From Hyphomicrobiales bacterium (lineage in GTDB: Bacteria > Pseudomonadota > Alphaproteobacteria > Rhizobiales > MH13), in assembly GCA_017642935.1 (NCBI GenBank), contig JAEPOK010000001.1, positions 1,385,192 through 1,409,191 on the forward strand: a DNA stretch of 24,000 nucleotides, in the 5' to 3' direction. A program made the translations under genes and the position numbers. Shown here one piece after another: positions 7,844-18,023 of this stretch. How positions within the stretch are numbered: position 1 is the first letter of the stretch; each line of letters starts with the position of its first letter. Below the pieces are notes generated by a model. It worked only from the letters and a program-made list of their open reading frames with translations, was not told the origin of the DNA and ran no database searches.

Positions 7844-9358
7844 TCAGGTCTCTTCGTGGACAGCGCGGATGTAGTCGTTGAGTAACCGCACACCAAAACC
7901 TGATCCAAAGGACTGATTGATCGCCGACTTCGGCGCCGACATGGCCGTGCCCGCAACATCCAGATGGGCCCAGGGGGTGTCACCGACGAAACGTGCGAGG
8001 AACTGCGCTGCGGTGATCGAACCGGCAAACCGACCGCCGGTGTTCTTCATGTCAGCGAACCGCGAATTGATCATCTTGTCATAGGCTGGCCCAATCGGCA
8101 GACGCCAGACTTTCTCGCCGGTGCGCTGACCGGCTTCGTGAAGATCAGTCGCCAGATCATCATCATTGGAGAAGAGGCCTGCGTGTTCCTGGCCAAGCGC
8201 AACAAGGATCGCCCCGGTGAGGGTGGCCAGATTGATCATGACCTTAGGCTCGTAGGTCGTGCGCGTGTAATGCAGCGCGTCAGCCAAGACCAAGCGCCCT
8301 TCGGCATCGGTGTTGATGATCTCGATGGTCTTGCCGGCCATCGATGTCACGATGTCGCCTGGGCGCTGCGCCTTGCCGTCAGGCATATTCTCAACCAGCC
8401 CGATGACGCCGACAGCATTTACCTTGGCTTTGCGGGCGGCCAGCGTATGCATGAGTCCTACGACGCAAGCCGCGCCGCCCATATCGCCCTTCATGTCCTC
8501 CATGCCGGCGGACGGTTTGATGGAAATTCCGCCCGTATCGAAGACGACACCCTTGCCGACAACGGCAACAGGTTTGTCGTTGGACCCGCCCTTCCACTCC
8601 ATGATCGCAAGACGTGCCGGTTTTTCCGAGCCTTGAGCCACGCCAAGCAGCGCGCCCATGCCGAGGTCTTCCATCGCGGCATCGTCGAGGACTGTGACAC
8701 CAATACCAAGCTCATCAAGCGCTTCCGCCACGCCAGCAAACTCAACGGGTCCAAGGACGTTTGGCGGTTCGTTGACGAGGTCGCGCGCGAGAATGGTACC
8801 CGAGGCAATCGCATCGGCCTGTTGGAAGGCGGCTTCCAACGCTGATGGGTCAGAGGCGAGCACGGTGACGGCCAATGATTGGGGAGGCGTTTCTTCATCG
8901 CCGTTGTCGTCATCCTTTTCTGGACGGCTTTTATAACGGTCGAAACGATAGGCTCCCAGTCTCAACCCGGCCAAGACTGATGCGGCTTCGTCAGCCGCCA
9001 TATCATCAAAGACGATTGTCGCAGCGCTAGCCTTGGACAGCGCTGATGCCAGTTTTCCCCCGAACATTAGATGTGGCTCAGGGTCTTTGGCCTTGTCTGG
9101 ATTCGCACCCGTCAGGACCACCTGATCAACAGGCGCACTCGGCACGGCGTAGAGGCTGACCGTTTCGCCCCAACCGGCCTTGAACCCCGATGCCTTCGCC
9201 CCAGCCGACAACGCGCCATCGCCAGCTGAATCGATTTGCGCGGCGGTGCCAGCAAGAGAATCAGCGCTGGTTGCAAAAACAACTAGGGGACCTTTGGGAA
9301 GGTCAGGAAAATCCGACTTGGCGTCATGCGCGGCGAAGGTGAAAGAAAGCTCAGGCAT
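7844..9358 (-). CDS. pepA: Leucyl aminopeptidase (M17 family)
   Basis: VGKGVVFDTGGISIKP and the M17 signature NTDAEGRLVLADAL are present. I take the start at ATG 9358 (MPELSFTF...), which has GAGGA 6 nt upstream, rather than the track start at 9430. Confidence 0.95.
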   Translation of the reverse strand: MPELSFTFAAHDAKSDFPDLPKGPLVVFATSADSLAGTAAQIDSAGDGALSAGAKASGFKAGWGETVSLYAVPSAPVDQVVLTGANPDKAKDPEPHLMFGGKLASALSKASAATIVFDDMAADEAASVLAGLRLGAYRFDRYKSRPEKDDDNGDEETPPQSLAVTVLASDPSALEAAFQQADAIASGTILARDLVNEPPNVLGPVEFAGVAEALDELGIGVTVLDDAAMEDLGMGALLGVAQGSEKPARLAIMEWKGGSNDKPVAVVGKGVVFDTGGISIKPSAGMEDMKGDMGGAACVVGLMHTLAARKAKVNAVGVIGLVENMPDGKAQRPGDIVTSMAGKTIEIINTDAEGRLVLADALHYTRTTYEPKVMINLATLTGAILVALGQEHAGLFSNDDDLATDLHEAGQRTGEKVWRLPIGPAYDKMINSRFADMKNTGGRFAGSITAAQFLARFVGDTPWAHLDVAGTAMSAPKSAINQSFGSGFGVRLLNDYIRAVHEET

Positions 9359-9685
9359 TGAATCCTCATAAGACATCGGGGGTGCTGCGCCCGGCCGGAC
9401 GCGCAATCGTTGGGTTCTGAGGTGGCGCATGGCGCGCGATTTGGCAAGCGCCGCTCCAGCGTTTGAGCGCTGCCCACGCGGATGATCAAGTGGTGGCTGG
9501 GCATCGCCGACGATCTTGTTTACAAAGGCTTAACCCATTTTCTTGGTCGAACTTTAGCCATTGTAGGTGGCAATGAAGGTTGGGGATTGATGGAGCTGTC
9601 AGGCAGTTCTGTTTGACAGTTGGGCGCATGGCGAGGCGGCAGGAAACGATCTGTTGTCAGCTCAGGCGCAGGGAGTGATCAACGT

Positions 9686-10861
9686 TTGACGTTCAATCGT
9701 GTCAGCCTGTTTGACCGCTATCTGTTTCGTCAGGTGGTGCTGACCTTTGTCGGCATGCTCATCGCCATGACGGCGGTGATCGTGTGCGTGGTCGCCTTGC
9801 AGGAGCTAGACGTCGTCACCAACCAGGGCGCGGCGCTTGCGACTTTTGCCGTGCTCACAGTTTTGAACATGCCGCAGATGCTAAGCGTCGTGGCGCCTAT
9901 CGCCTTTTTCTTGGCGCTGTTGATGACGCTGAATCGGTTGAGTGCTGAGAGCGAAATCGTTGTGGTTAACGCCTCCGGCGGAAGCCCGATGGGTTTGCTG
10001 CGCCCTGTCATGGCTGCCGCGTTGGTTGTCAGCCTCTTGGTTGCGGTGCTCGGGCATTTGATTGCGCCGCCAGCGCAGAAGGCTTGGCGGTTTTTGATCA
10101 GCGATGTGCGGGCTGACCTGCTTGCTACTGTGGTTCGCGAAGGCGCGTTTTCATCGCTCCAGGAAGGTCTGACCTTTCACATGCGGGCGCGCGAACCTGG
10201 CGGCATCCTGACGGACATCATGATTGCCGACACGCGCGACTATCCGCACGAAACAATTTACTTCGCCCAGAGAGGCACGGTCGTGCGTGGCGAACAGGGA
10301 GCGTTTCTCTCCGTCGATGATGGTGTCATCCAGCGGCGAACGGTTTCGACGTCGGGCCGGGTCAACACAGCCTTCCTATATTTCGACAGCTATTCCATCG
10401 ATCTGAGTTTTACAGATCGCGCCACCGCCCCCGGCTATCTAAAGCCGTCAGAACGATCCACGGCCTACTTGTTAAATCCCGACGAGGATGATGCTTTTTT
10501 TGTCAGCCAACGCGGGCGGTTTTTGGCCGAACTGCACAACCGCATCGCTCTACCCTTTTATCCCTTTGCTTTCGCAATGATCATAGCTCTGGCACTTGGA
10601 ACGCCCCACTCGGGACGGGCGGGTCGGGCCAAACGGGTTCTGGCTGCGATTGGTGGAGGCGCTGTGGTCCTTGGCGCACAATTTGGTGCTTCAAGCATCA
10701 TTCCATCGGCGCATTTCTCCTGGCCCCTTCTATATCTGATCCCACTGGCCGTGGTGGTTCTGGGATGGCTCGCGATTTCCCGGCGCATCGATTTTGTGTC
10801 GATTGCGCAGCGATCTCCGCTGATGGGGAAAGCTAAGGCGCTGCCCCAGGCGGCGGAGTAG
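9686..10861 (+). CDS. lptF: LPS export ABC transporter permease LptF
   Basis: This is a YjgP/YjgQ-type permease, with the FDRYLFRQV opening typical of LptF/LptG, multiple hydrophobic segments and a large periplasmic loop. The start is uncertain. I favour the in-frame TTG at 9686 (GGGAG 10 nt upstream) over the track start TTG at 9620. Confidence 0.85.
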   Translation: MTFNRVSLFDRYLFRQVVLTFVGMLIAMTAVIVCVVALQELDVVTNQGAALATFAVLTVLNMPQMLSVVAPIAFFLALLMTLNRLSAESEIVVVNASGGSPMGLLRPVMAAALVVSLLVAVLGHLIAPPAQKAWRFLISDVRADLLATVVREGAFSSLQEGLTFHMRAREPGGILTDIMIADTRDYPHETIYFAQRGTVVRGEQGAFLSVDDGVIQRRTVSTSGRVNTAFLYFDSYSIDLSFTDRATAPGYLKPSERSTAYLLNPDEDDAFFVSQRGRFLAELHNRIALPFYPFAFAMIIALALGTPHSGRAGRAKRVLAAIGGGAVVLGAQFGASSIIPSAHFSWPLLYLIPLAVVVLGWLAISRRIDFVSIAQRSPLMGKAKALPQAAE

Positions 10862-10864
10862 CTC

Positions 10865-11953
10865 ATGCGATTGTCTGCCTCCCTTAACCGCTATCTCGCC
10901 TTGGCGTTTTCCAAGCACGTTGGCTTTGTGTTTTTGGGCGCATTTGCCTTGATGCTGATGGTCGACGTTATGGAGCTCACGCGGCGCGGCGCCGACTTGG
11001 AAATCCCCTTTCAAGCGATTTTAGCGATTTCTGCTATGCGCCTGCCGTCGCTTGCTGAGCAGTTGGTGCCCTTTGCAGTGCTGATTGGAGCGTTGATGAC
11101 GCTGGTCGCCCTTTCGCGGCGGTCAGAGCTAATCATCGCCCGCGCATCGGGACTTTCTGCTTGGCAATTTCTTGTCCCTCTTATCGTTGTGGCCGCGATG
11201 GTAGGCTTAGCCGCGTCGTGGCTCTACAATCCGTTTTCAGCCAGCCTCAAGGTGCGGTCAGACGCCATTTTGGCTGAGCGATTTGCCGGCAGCACCACAA
11301 ATGTCGATCCGGAACGGGAAATCTGGTTCCGCCAGTCAACCGGCGAGATCGTGACTTTGGTCCGAGCGGCTTCGGCAACCGATGCCGGTCAAACGTTGAA
11401 CCAAGTCAGTGCGATGCTGTTTGACGAATACGGTGACTTCAACCAGCGGGTAGACGCCGACCGCGCTGTACTGCGCAACGGCGCGTGGAACATGACCGAT
11501 GTGACGATGACCGACACGTTGGGAGAATCGCGTGCCATCGAGGTTTTCTCGCTTGCCACGCCACTGACGGCCGATGACGTCCTAGGACGGTTCACACCGC
11601 CCACTTCTGTACCAATTTGGCACCTTCCCGACCTTGCAAATAAGGCACAGCAGGCGGGCATCGCTTCCGATCGCTACAGATTCCAATTTCAGGCCTTGCT
11701 CGCACGGCCCATGCTGCTTATGGCCATGGTATTGGTGGCCGCAACCGTGTCTTTGCGGTTCTCTCGGCATGGGGGAACGACAAAGCTTGTGGTGGCCGGA
11801 TTGAGTGCTGGATTTATCGTGTTTGTGGTCAACGAAATCGCTGGCGACTTAGGGGGTGCTGGATTGGTCAATCCAGTTCTTGCGGCATGGGTGCCGCCGA
11901 TCGCCGCTGGTCTTTTCGGCATAACGGCCTTGCTGCATCTGGAGGATGGCTAG
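10865..11953 (+). CDS. lptG: LPS export ABC transporter permease LptG
   Basis: 362 aa. It is a paralogous YjgP/YjgQ permease that begins 3 nt after the lptF stop, with GGAG 6 nt upstream of the ATG. Confidence 0.9.
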   Translation: MRLSASLNRYLALAFSKHVGFVFLGAFALMLMVDVMELTRRGADLEIPFQAILAISAMRLPSLAEQLVPFAVLIGALMTLVALSRRSELIIARASGLSAWQFLVPLIVVAAMVGLAASWLYNPFSASLKVRSDAILAERFAGSTTNVDPEREIWFRQSTGEIVTLVRAASATDAGQTLNQVSAMLFDEYGDFNQRVDADRAVLRNGAWNMTDVTMTDTLGESRAIEVFSLATPLTADDVLGRFTPPTSVPIWHLPDLANKAQQAGIASDRYRFQFQALLARPMLLMAMVLVAATVSLRFSRHGGTTKLVVAGLSAGFIVFVVNEIAGDLGGAGLVNPVLAAWVPPIAAGLFGITALLHLEDG

Positions 11954-11955
11954 GC

Positions 11956-14325
11956 TTGGCTGGGTTGCGCTCTTCCTCTCGCGTTCTGCGCTTAGGCACT
12001 ATGCTGGCGGTTGCCGGATCCCTTGTGGTCACTGGCGTGGGCACCGGGCTTGGCGTTAGCGGTGTTGCGCTCGCGCAAGTCACACCAGGCTTCGACCAAG
12101 CCAACCCCGATGCGCAGATGTTCCTTGAAGCAGACGAACTCCTTTACAATGAAGGCGTAAATACCGTCACCGCCCTAGGCAATGTGACGATCTTTTACGA
12201 CGGCTACACGGTTGATGCCGACGAGGTTGTGTACGATCGCGCCCAAGGTCGTGTGCTGGCGCGCGGAAACGTGATCTTGGTCGAACCGAGCGGCAATATC
12301 ATTCGTGCAACATCGGCTGATCTCAGTGACACGCTGGCCGATGGTTTTGTCGATGCACTAAGTGTTGAGACGCCCGAACGTGGCTTTTTCACCGCCCGTA
12401 ACGCCACCCGCCGCGATGGTTCAGAGACTGAGTTCGACCAGGGAACCTACACGGCCTGTGAGGCCTGCCCAGAAAACCCCGACCGACCCCGCGCTTGGAT
12501 GTTCCATGCCGACACGATCACGTACGATGAAGAAGACCAGATGGTCTATTATCGCAATGTGCGGTTGGACTTCTTCGGCATACCGATCGTCTGGCTGCCA
12601 TTCTTTGCCCACACCGACCCAACCGTTGAACGCAAGAGCGGCTTCCTTCGTCCCGAGTATGTGCTTGACGGCGATTTAGGTTTTGCCATTTCAACACCCT
12701 ACTATTTTGCGCTTGATCCCAGTTATGATCTGACGGTGACCCCCACATTCTTCTCAGGTCAGGCATTTCACCTTGAAGCGGAATGGCGCCAGCGGCTCGA
12801 AAATGGTGGCTACAGCGTCCGCGTTTCTGGCGCCGCCCAGCTGGATGACGACGTGTTCAACAATCAGCCTGGCGATCAGGACTGGCGTGGCGGCATTGCA
12901 AGCAATGGTGCCTTTTCTCTGAATGACCGTTGGGATTTCGGCTGGAACCTCTACCTGCAGTCCGATCGTCGCTATTTCCGCGATTACTCGATTGAAACCG
13001 AGGGCGCGAGCCAGGTTATCTCGGACATCTACCTGACCGGTCTCCACGACCGTAGCTATTTTGACGCACGCGTTGAGCGCATCCAGGTTGCGACGATAAC
13101 AGAAGGCGATCAGAACCAGCCCTGGACTTTACCTGTGGTCGACTATGATCGCCGCTTCACGCCCGATCATGTTGGTGGCGAATTGCAGGTTCTAGCCAAC
13201 CTGACGACGACGGTCCGCGAAGATGCCTTCGTTGATCCTATAACCAGGCCGACCGGTGCAACCAATGTGTACGAGGGCCTTGATGGCCAAATGAGCCGCG
13301 CGACTTTGGATGTCTCTTGGCGCCGTGAGTTCATCGGGCCATTGGGTCAGGTGTTCACACCGCAGGTCGGGTTTCGTGGCGATGTGATCGGCTACAATCT
13401 TGGTAGCGAGGCCAACGTCGTGTTCGTCGATGGCGAAAACTCTTTCGCTCGCGGTATGGCGTCGGCCGGTCTAGAATGGCGTTGGCCTTTCCTAATCACG
13501 GCTCCAGGAAGTAGCCATGTTGTGGAGCCAGTCGCGCAGTTCATCGTGCGCCCAGACGCTGGCCATGTTGGCGAGGTGCCGATTGAAGACTCACAAAGCC
13601 TGGTCTTTGACGCGTCAAACTTGTTCGATTGGGACAAGTACTCCGGCTTTGATCAGATGGAAGGCGGAACACGCGCCAATGTTGGCGTGCGGTACACCGG
13701 TACGTTCGATAACGGCTTGTCCCTAAGTGCAATCGTCGGGCAATCCTTCCACCTGGCCGGCGAAAATCCATATGCTTGGTCGCAAACCGGCGCAAATATC
13801 CTCACGCCCAATGGTGAGGACAGTGGGCTTGAAACAGATCAGTCCGATTATGTTGCCATGCTGACGGCCCGCCTTCAAAATCGCCTTTCTCTAACCGCAT
13901 CTGGGCGGTTTGACGAAGACGATTTTGACTTAGAGCGTGGTGAGCTATTGGCATCAGCCTCGCACGGTCGCGTGGCCGGCGCGGCCACCTACGCCTATTT
14001 GGCCGCGCAACCCAACCGCGGCATCAATGACGATCAGCATCAGATTTCTGGCTCGGCTTCATTGCAAGTCAATAGCAGTTGGCGCGTGGCCGGCAGCGTC
14101 CAGTACGATCTGGAGCGGAGCCATATCCTCGGATACGGCGCAGGGATCCAATATGTCTGCGACTGCTTGGGCGTTGGGCTGAATTATACCTATACGTCAC
14201 CGGATGGGAATGATGGCGTCTCGGATAGCCGGGTCATGTTGAACGTTTCGCTGCGGACCATTGGCGCCTTCGAAACAGAGGTGCTTAACAACGAACAGTT
14301 CAACAGCGTGTTCGGAACGCAGTAG
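11956..14325 (+). CDS. lptD: LPS-assembly outer-membrane protein LptD
   Basis: A signal peptide (RSSSRVLRLGTMLAVAGSLVVTGVGTGLGVSGVALA-Q) is followed by an OstA-like N-terminal domain (LEADELLYNEG...VTALGNV) and a large C-terminal region consistent with an LptD beta-barrel. The likely start is TTG 11956, with GGAGGA at 11941-11946. ATG 12001 is the alternative. The track start at 11887 would overlap lptG by 67 nt. Confidence 0.9.
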   Translation: MAGLRSSSRVLRLGTMLAVAGSLVVTGVGTGLGVSGVALAQVTPGFDQANPDAQMFLEADELLYNEGVNTVTALGNVTIFYDGYTVDADEVVYDRAQGRVLARGNVILVEPSGNIIRATSADLSDTLADGFVDALSVETPERGFFTARNATRRDGSETEFDQGTYTACEACPENPDRPRAWMFHADTITYDEEDQMVYYRNVRLDFFGIPIVWLPFFAHTDPTVERKSGFLRPEYVLDGDLGFAISTPYYFALDPSYDLTVTPTFFSGQAFHLEAEWRQRLENGGYSVRVSGAAQLDDDVFNNQPGDQDWRGGIASNGAFSLNDRWDFGWNLYLQSDRRYFRDYSIETEGASQVISDIYLTGLHDRSYFDARVERIQVATITEGDQNQPWTLPVVDYDRRFTPDHVGGELQVLANLTTTVREDAFVDPITRPTGATNVYEGLDGQMSRATLDVSWRREFIGPLGQVFTPQVGFRGDVIGYNLGSEANVVFVDGENSFARGMASAGLEWRWPFLITAPGSSHVVEPVAQFIVRPDAGHVGEVPIEDSQSLVFDASNLFDWDKYSGFDQMEGGTRANVGVRYTGTFDNGLSLSAIVGQSFHLAGENPYAWSQTGANILTPNGEDSGLETDQSDYVAMLTARLQNRLSLTASGRFDEDDFDLERGELLASASHGRVAGAATYAYLAAQPNRGINDDQHQISGSASLQVNSSWRVAGSVQYDLERSHILGYGAGIQYVCDCLGVGLNYTYTSPDGNDGVSDSRVMLNVSLRTIGAFETEVLNNEQFNSVFGTQ

Positions 14326-14434
14326 GACGTCACGGGCTGAATTTCGGCACAATTGGCAGGCACGCGCAGCTCAATAGAGATCATTGTCGTAACACGGCAA
14401 AACGTGACGGCAGTTGTGTAAAGAGGACCTTCGA

Positions 14435-15427
14435 ATGATGGGTGCGATTTCAGAACAAAGATCAATTAAACGGCACGCGCTGCGGCGGCGCGGATGTCGC
14501 GCGCTCTTAGTTTGTTGCGCGATAGGTCTGGCATCCCCAACATTGATAGAGCAAATTAGCGCACCGGCTGTAGCGCAGTCTGTCTACACCGCCATCCTTG
14601 TTAATGACGTGCCTATCAGCAACTACGACATCAACGCCAGGGCTGCTCTGCTGCGACTTCAAGGTGGACCAAGTTCGCGCGCTGAGGACGAGTTGATTGA
14701 CGAAGCCTTGCAACGCGCAGAAGCACGACGGCTTGGTATTTCCGTCACCCAAGCCGAACTCGACCAAGCCCTACAGACGATCGCCTCACGATCGGGCCTA
14801 TCAGTGTCGCAACTCGGTCAGGCACTCAGCCAACGCGGTGTCGATTTGGCGACCCTTCGCGATAGTATTGAGGCGCAAATCCTCTGGGATCAGGTTATTC
14901 GTGCACGCTTTCAGGCGACCGTACGGGTCGATGAACAAGATGTGCTTGCCGCGCTTGATGATCGCTCTAGCGACGAAGCTGCCTCTGAGCTGACGACGAC
15001 GGAGTACACATTGCGTGAGGTTGTGTTCGTTGTTCCGGAAGGGGCGGGCTCCAACACGCGCGAACAGCGCCGCCGTGAGGCGGCAGCCTTTCGATCTCGG
15101 TTCGAGTCTTGTGCATCTGGCATATCGTCCGCCGGACAACTCAACGGCGTCGTCGTTCAAAATGAAGTGCGCCGCTTTTCTTCCGATTTGTCGCCAGCAC
15201 TTGATGAGCTCCTTCAGGAAACAGCTGTAGGTCGCCTCACACCACCGGAAGACTCCGCTGAAGGCGTGGTGATGTTCGCTGTCTGCAACAAGCGGAATGT
15301 GCAGTCCGACGCTGAAGCGCGTCGCGATGTGGAAAGCGAACTGCGCAATGAGGAAGGGCTGTTGCTTTCGCGTGGCTATCTGCGTGATCTGCGCGCATCG
15401 GCGACCATTTTGCGTCCCAATAATTGA
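14435..15427 (+). CDS. surA: SurA-like periplasmic chaperone / peptidyl-prolyl isomerase family protein
   Basis: A signal peptide is followed by a SurA N-terminal domain pattern (ILVNDVPISNYDINARA...LIDEALQRAEARRLGISVTQAELDQAL). The position between lptD and pdxA is conserved. The start is ATG 14435, with AAGAGGA 7 nt upstream. The C-terminal parvulin-like region looks degenerate. Confidence 0.85.
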   Translation: MMGAISEQRSIKRHALRRRGCRALLVCCAIGLASPTLIEQISAPAVAQSVYTAILVNDVPISNYDINARAALLRLQGGPSSRAEDELIDEALQRAEARRLGISVTQAELDQALQTIASRSGLSVSQLGQALSQRGVDLATLRDSIEAQILWDQVIRARFQATVRVDEQDVLAALDDRSSDEAASELTTTEYTLREVVFVVPEGAGSNTREQRRREAAAFRSRFESCASGISSAGQLNGVVVQNEVRRFSSDLSPALDELLQETAVGRLTPPEDSAEGVVMFAVCNKRNVQSDAEARRDVESELRNEEGLLLSRGYLRDLRASATILRPNN

Positions 15428-15439
15428 TCGTGCCCGCCA

Positions 15440-16477
15440 ATGCCTGATGCACCCCGGGGTGGGCGTCCGCTGGCCATATCCATGGGCGAACCGGCCGGGG
15501 TAGGGCCAGATATCATTCTTCAGGCGCAAGCATGCCTTCAAGGCGACCCTGAAGCGCTACAGCTCGTCGTTTTTGGGGATCCGGTTCTATTGGAACGCCG
15601 GGCTGAGCGCCTTGGACTTGACGTTGCAATCTCCGTCCTGGCCAGCATGGTTGACCTTCATGAAGATCAACGTAAAGGGCTTGCCGTTGTCGATGTTGGC
15701 CGGGTTGTAGACAGTCCGGGTCGCTTGGATGAGGGCACGGGAGACGTTACGGTTTCCGCTCTTTGCGCCGCCCTCGACGCTGTTCGACTCGGACGCTGTT
15801 CAGGGCTCGTAACCGCACCAATCCACAAAGCCAATCTCTACGCTACCGGTTTTGCATTCCCTGGCCACACCGAATTTCTTGAAGCTTACGCGCATGAACA
15901 CTGGCCAGAATCCAACCCATTGGCTGTCATGATGCTGGCTGGACCTGAACTGCGCACCGTTCCGGTGACGGTGCATATCCCTTTGAGTGAGGTTGCCAGG
16001 TCCTTGACGACTCAACGCATCGTCGACGTCGGCGGGGTGGTGGCCCGAGACCTTAAGCAACGCTTCGATATAGACACGCCGCGTTTGGCCATCGCCGGGC
16101 TCAACCCCCATGCCGGGGAACAGGGTTCCTTGGGCAAGGAAGACGATGCGATCATCGCTCCGGCCATCACCCAGCTCGGCCAAATGGGTTTCAAGGCTAT
16201 CGGGCCCTTGCCGGCGGACACGATGTTCCATCCTGAAGCGCGTCAGGCCTTCGATGCGGCGCTCTGCATGTATCACGACCAAGCGCTCATTCCGGTCAAA
16301 GCGCTGGACTTCCACAACACCGTGAATGTCACGCTGGGACTGCCGTTCATCCGCACCTCACCAGACCATGGGACCGCGCTTGAGTTGGCTGGTACCGGCA
16401 AAGCTTCACCGGCGAGCATGGTTGCCGCTATCAGGCTGGCTGCGCGAATGGCCGAGCGCGCCCGAGAATCCGCGTGA
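15440..16477 (+). CDS. pdxA: 4-hydroxythreonine-4-phosphate dehydrogenase
   Basis: The motifs [31 protein letters not shown] and TSPDHGTA are present. Confidence 0.95.
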   Translation: MPDAPRGGRPLAISMGEPAGVGPDIILQAQACLQGDPEALQLVVFGDPVLLERRAERLGLDVAISVLASMVDLHEDQRKGLAVVDVGRVVDSPGRLDEGTGDVTVSALCAALDAVRLGRCSGLVTAPIHKANLYATGFAFPGHTEFLEAYAHEHWPESNPLAVMMLAGPELRTVPVTVHIPLSEVARSLTTQRIVDVGGVVARDLKQRFDIDTPRLAIAGLNPHAGEQGSLGKEDDAIIAPAITQLGQMGFKAIGPLPADTMFHPEARQAFDAALCMYHDQALIPVKALDFHNTVNVTLGLPFIRTSPDHGTALELAGTGKASPASMVAAIRLAARMAERARESA

Positions 16478-17349
16478 ACCTCGAAACGCTTCCCAGCGTC
16501 CGCGCGGAGGTGGAAAGCCTTGGCCCCGGCGGTTCCCGCCTCGGTGCCAAGAAGTCGCTGGGGCAGAACTTCCTCTTTGACCTCAACCTCACGCGCAAGA
16601 TCGCTCGATCCGGCTTGCCGCTCGGCAATGGGACCGTCGTGGAGGTGGGGCCAGGACCCGGCGGCCTAACCCGTGCGCTGCTGCTGGAAGGAGCAAAACG
16701 CGTTATCGCCGTTGAACGCGATGAGCGCTTCCGACCGATCCTCGATCGTCTCACAAAGGCCAGCGATGGTCGCTTGCAGGTGATCTATGGCGACGCCACG
16801 AAAGTCGATCTCACAGGCCACATCGAACCGTTGGACGGCCCAGCGCAGATCATCGCCAATTTGCCCTACAATGTCGGCACGCCGCTTTTGGTGCGCTGGT
16901 TGCTCAGCGAACCTTGGCCACCGTGGTTCGCCGGACTGACTCTGATGTTTCAACGTGAAGTCGCCGAACGCATCGTGGCGCAAGCCAACGACAAGCACTA
17001 TGGTCGCCTGGGCGTGCTCGCCAACTGGCGATGTCAGACTCATCTGATGTTTTATGTGCCGCCATCGGCCTTTGTCCCACCGCCCAAGGTGACCTCAAGC
17101 GTGGTGCATCTTCGTCCGCGTGCCGAGCCTCTGCCTTGCCTTGGGTCTGATTTGGAACGGGTTGCGGCAGCAGCCTTTGGTCAACGACGCAAAATGGTGC
17201 GGCAATCGTTGAGAAGCCTCGGCCTTGATCAGCAAAGCTTGGCCGAGCTGATTACATCCGTCGGCCTTCACGGCACAGAGCGCGCTGAAACACTGTCGAT
17301 CGAGACTTTTGCAGCCCTCGCGCGGACCTTTCGCGATCTAGTCGGCTGA
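16474..17349 (+). CDS. rsmA: 16S rRNA (adenine1518/1519-N6)-dimethyltransferase
   Basis: KKSLGQNFL, the SAM-binding [12 protein letters not shown] and ANLPYNV are present. The GTG start overlaps the pdxA stop (GTGA). Confidence 0.95.
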   Translation: MNLETLPSVRAEVESLGPGGSRLGAKKSLGQNFLFDLNLTRKIARSGLPLGNGTVVEVGPGPGGLTRALLLEGAKRVIAVERDERFRPILDRLTKASDGRLQVIYGDATKVDLTGHIEPLDGPAQIIANLPYNVGTPLLVRWLLSEPWPPWFAGLTLMFQREVAERIVAQANDKHYGRLGVLANWRCQTHLMFYVPPSAFVPPPKVTSSVVHLRPRAEPLPCLGSDLERVAAAAFGQRRKMVRQSLRSLGLDQQSLAELITSVGLHGTERAETLSIETFAALARTFRDLVG

Positions 17350-17970
17350 GATCAGGCCACCAACGAAATCATCCAGACCCGGCTGGCGGGTCCGCCGCAC
17401 CATTTCGGCCAGATAAATCGCCCGGAGCTGCTCATAGGCTTCGCCCAGATCGGTGTTTGTGATGACATAATCGTAGTCGCGCCAGTGGGTCATTTCATCG
17501 CGCGCATTTTCCAAGCGCTTCTCGATCACATCAGGCTTATCTTCGGCGCGGCGCGTAATGCGGGCGCGCAACTCCTCAAAGCTCGGCGGTAGGACAAAGA
17601 CCGTCACGGTGTCGTCCGGCATCGCCGCGCGCACCTGCTCTGTCCCCTGCCAATCAATGTCGAAGAGCATGATGTGCCCTTGGCTTAGGGCACGCTCGAC
17701 CGGCTCTCGCGGCGTTCCATAAAAATTGCCGTGCACCTCTGCCCATTCCAACAGCGCACCCTGGTCGCGGCGCTGCAGAAACGACACTTCATCGATGAAA
17801 TGGTAATGCGTACCATCGATCTCAGATGGCCGCCTTTGCCGCGTGGTGACCGAAACTGAGAGCTTCGGCGTCGGCAGGCCCTCGTCCTGCAGAAGCTGTC
17901 GCGCCAGAGTCGACTTGCCTGCGCCCGACGGTGAGGAAAGAACCAGAATGTATCCGCGCTTGCTGCTCAT
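17338..17970 (-). CDS. gmk: Guanylate kinase
   Basis: The P-loop [10 protein letters not shown] and TTRQRRPSE are present, with GGAAGGGG upstream of the ATG at 17970. The 3' end overlaps the rsmA 3' end by 12 nt (convergent). Confidence 0.95.
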   Translation of the reverse strand: MSSKRGYILVLSSPSGAGKSTLARQLLQDEGLPTPKLSVSVTTRQRRPSEIDGTHYHFIDEVSFLQRRDQGALLEWAEVHGNFYGTPREPVERALSQGHIMLFDIDWQGTEQVRAAMPDDTVTVFVLPPSFEELRARITRRAEDKPDVIEKRLENARDEMTHWRDYDYVITNTDLGEAYEQLRAIYLAEMVRRTRQPGLDDFVGGLISAD

Positions 17971-18023
17971 GCTTGCCCCTTCCGGTCAGTCGTCTCAACT
18001 TTGCTAGCAAATTCGCGCGCCGG

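Noticed and set aside
7964-8845. 293-aa plus-strand ORF, with several smaller ORFs inside pepA
   Set aside because: They are antisense or off-frame to pepA, which carries the M17 signature NTDAEGRL. They have no independent support.
14801-15541. 246-aa minus-strand ORF spanning the 3' half of surA and the pdxA start
   Set aside because: It is antisense to two well-supported genes in a conserved operon. Its sequence is Arg/Cys-rich and atypical for a real protein.
15800-16315. 171-aa minus-strand ORF inside pdxA
   Set aside because: It is a shadow ORF opposite the conserved PdxA motifs.
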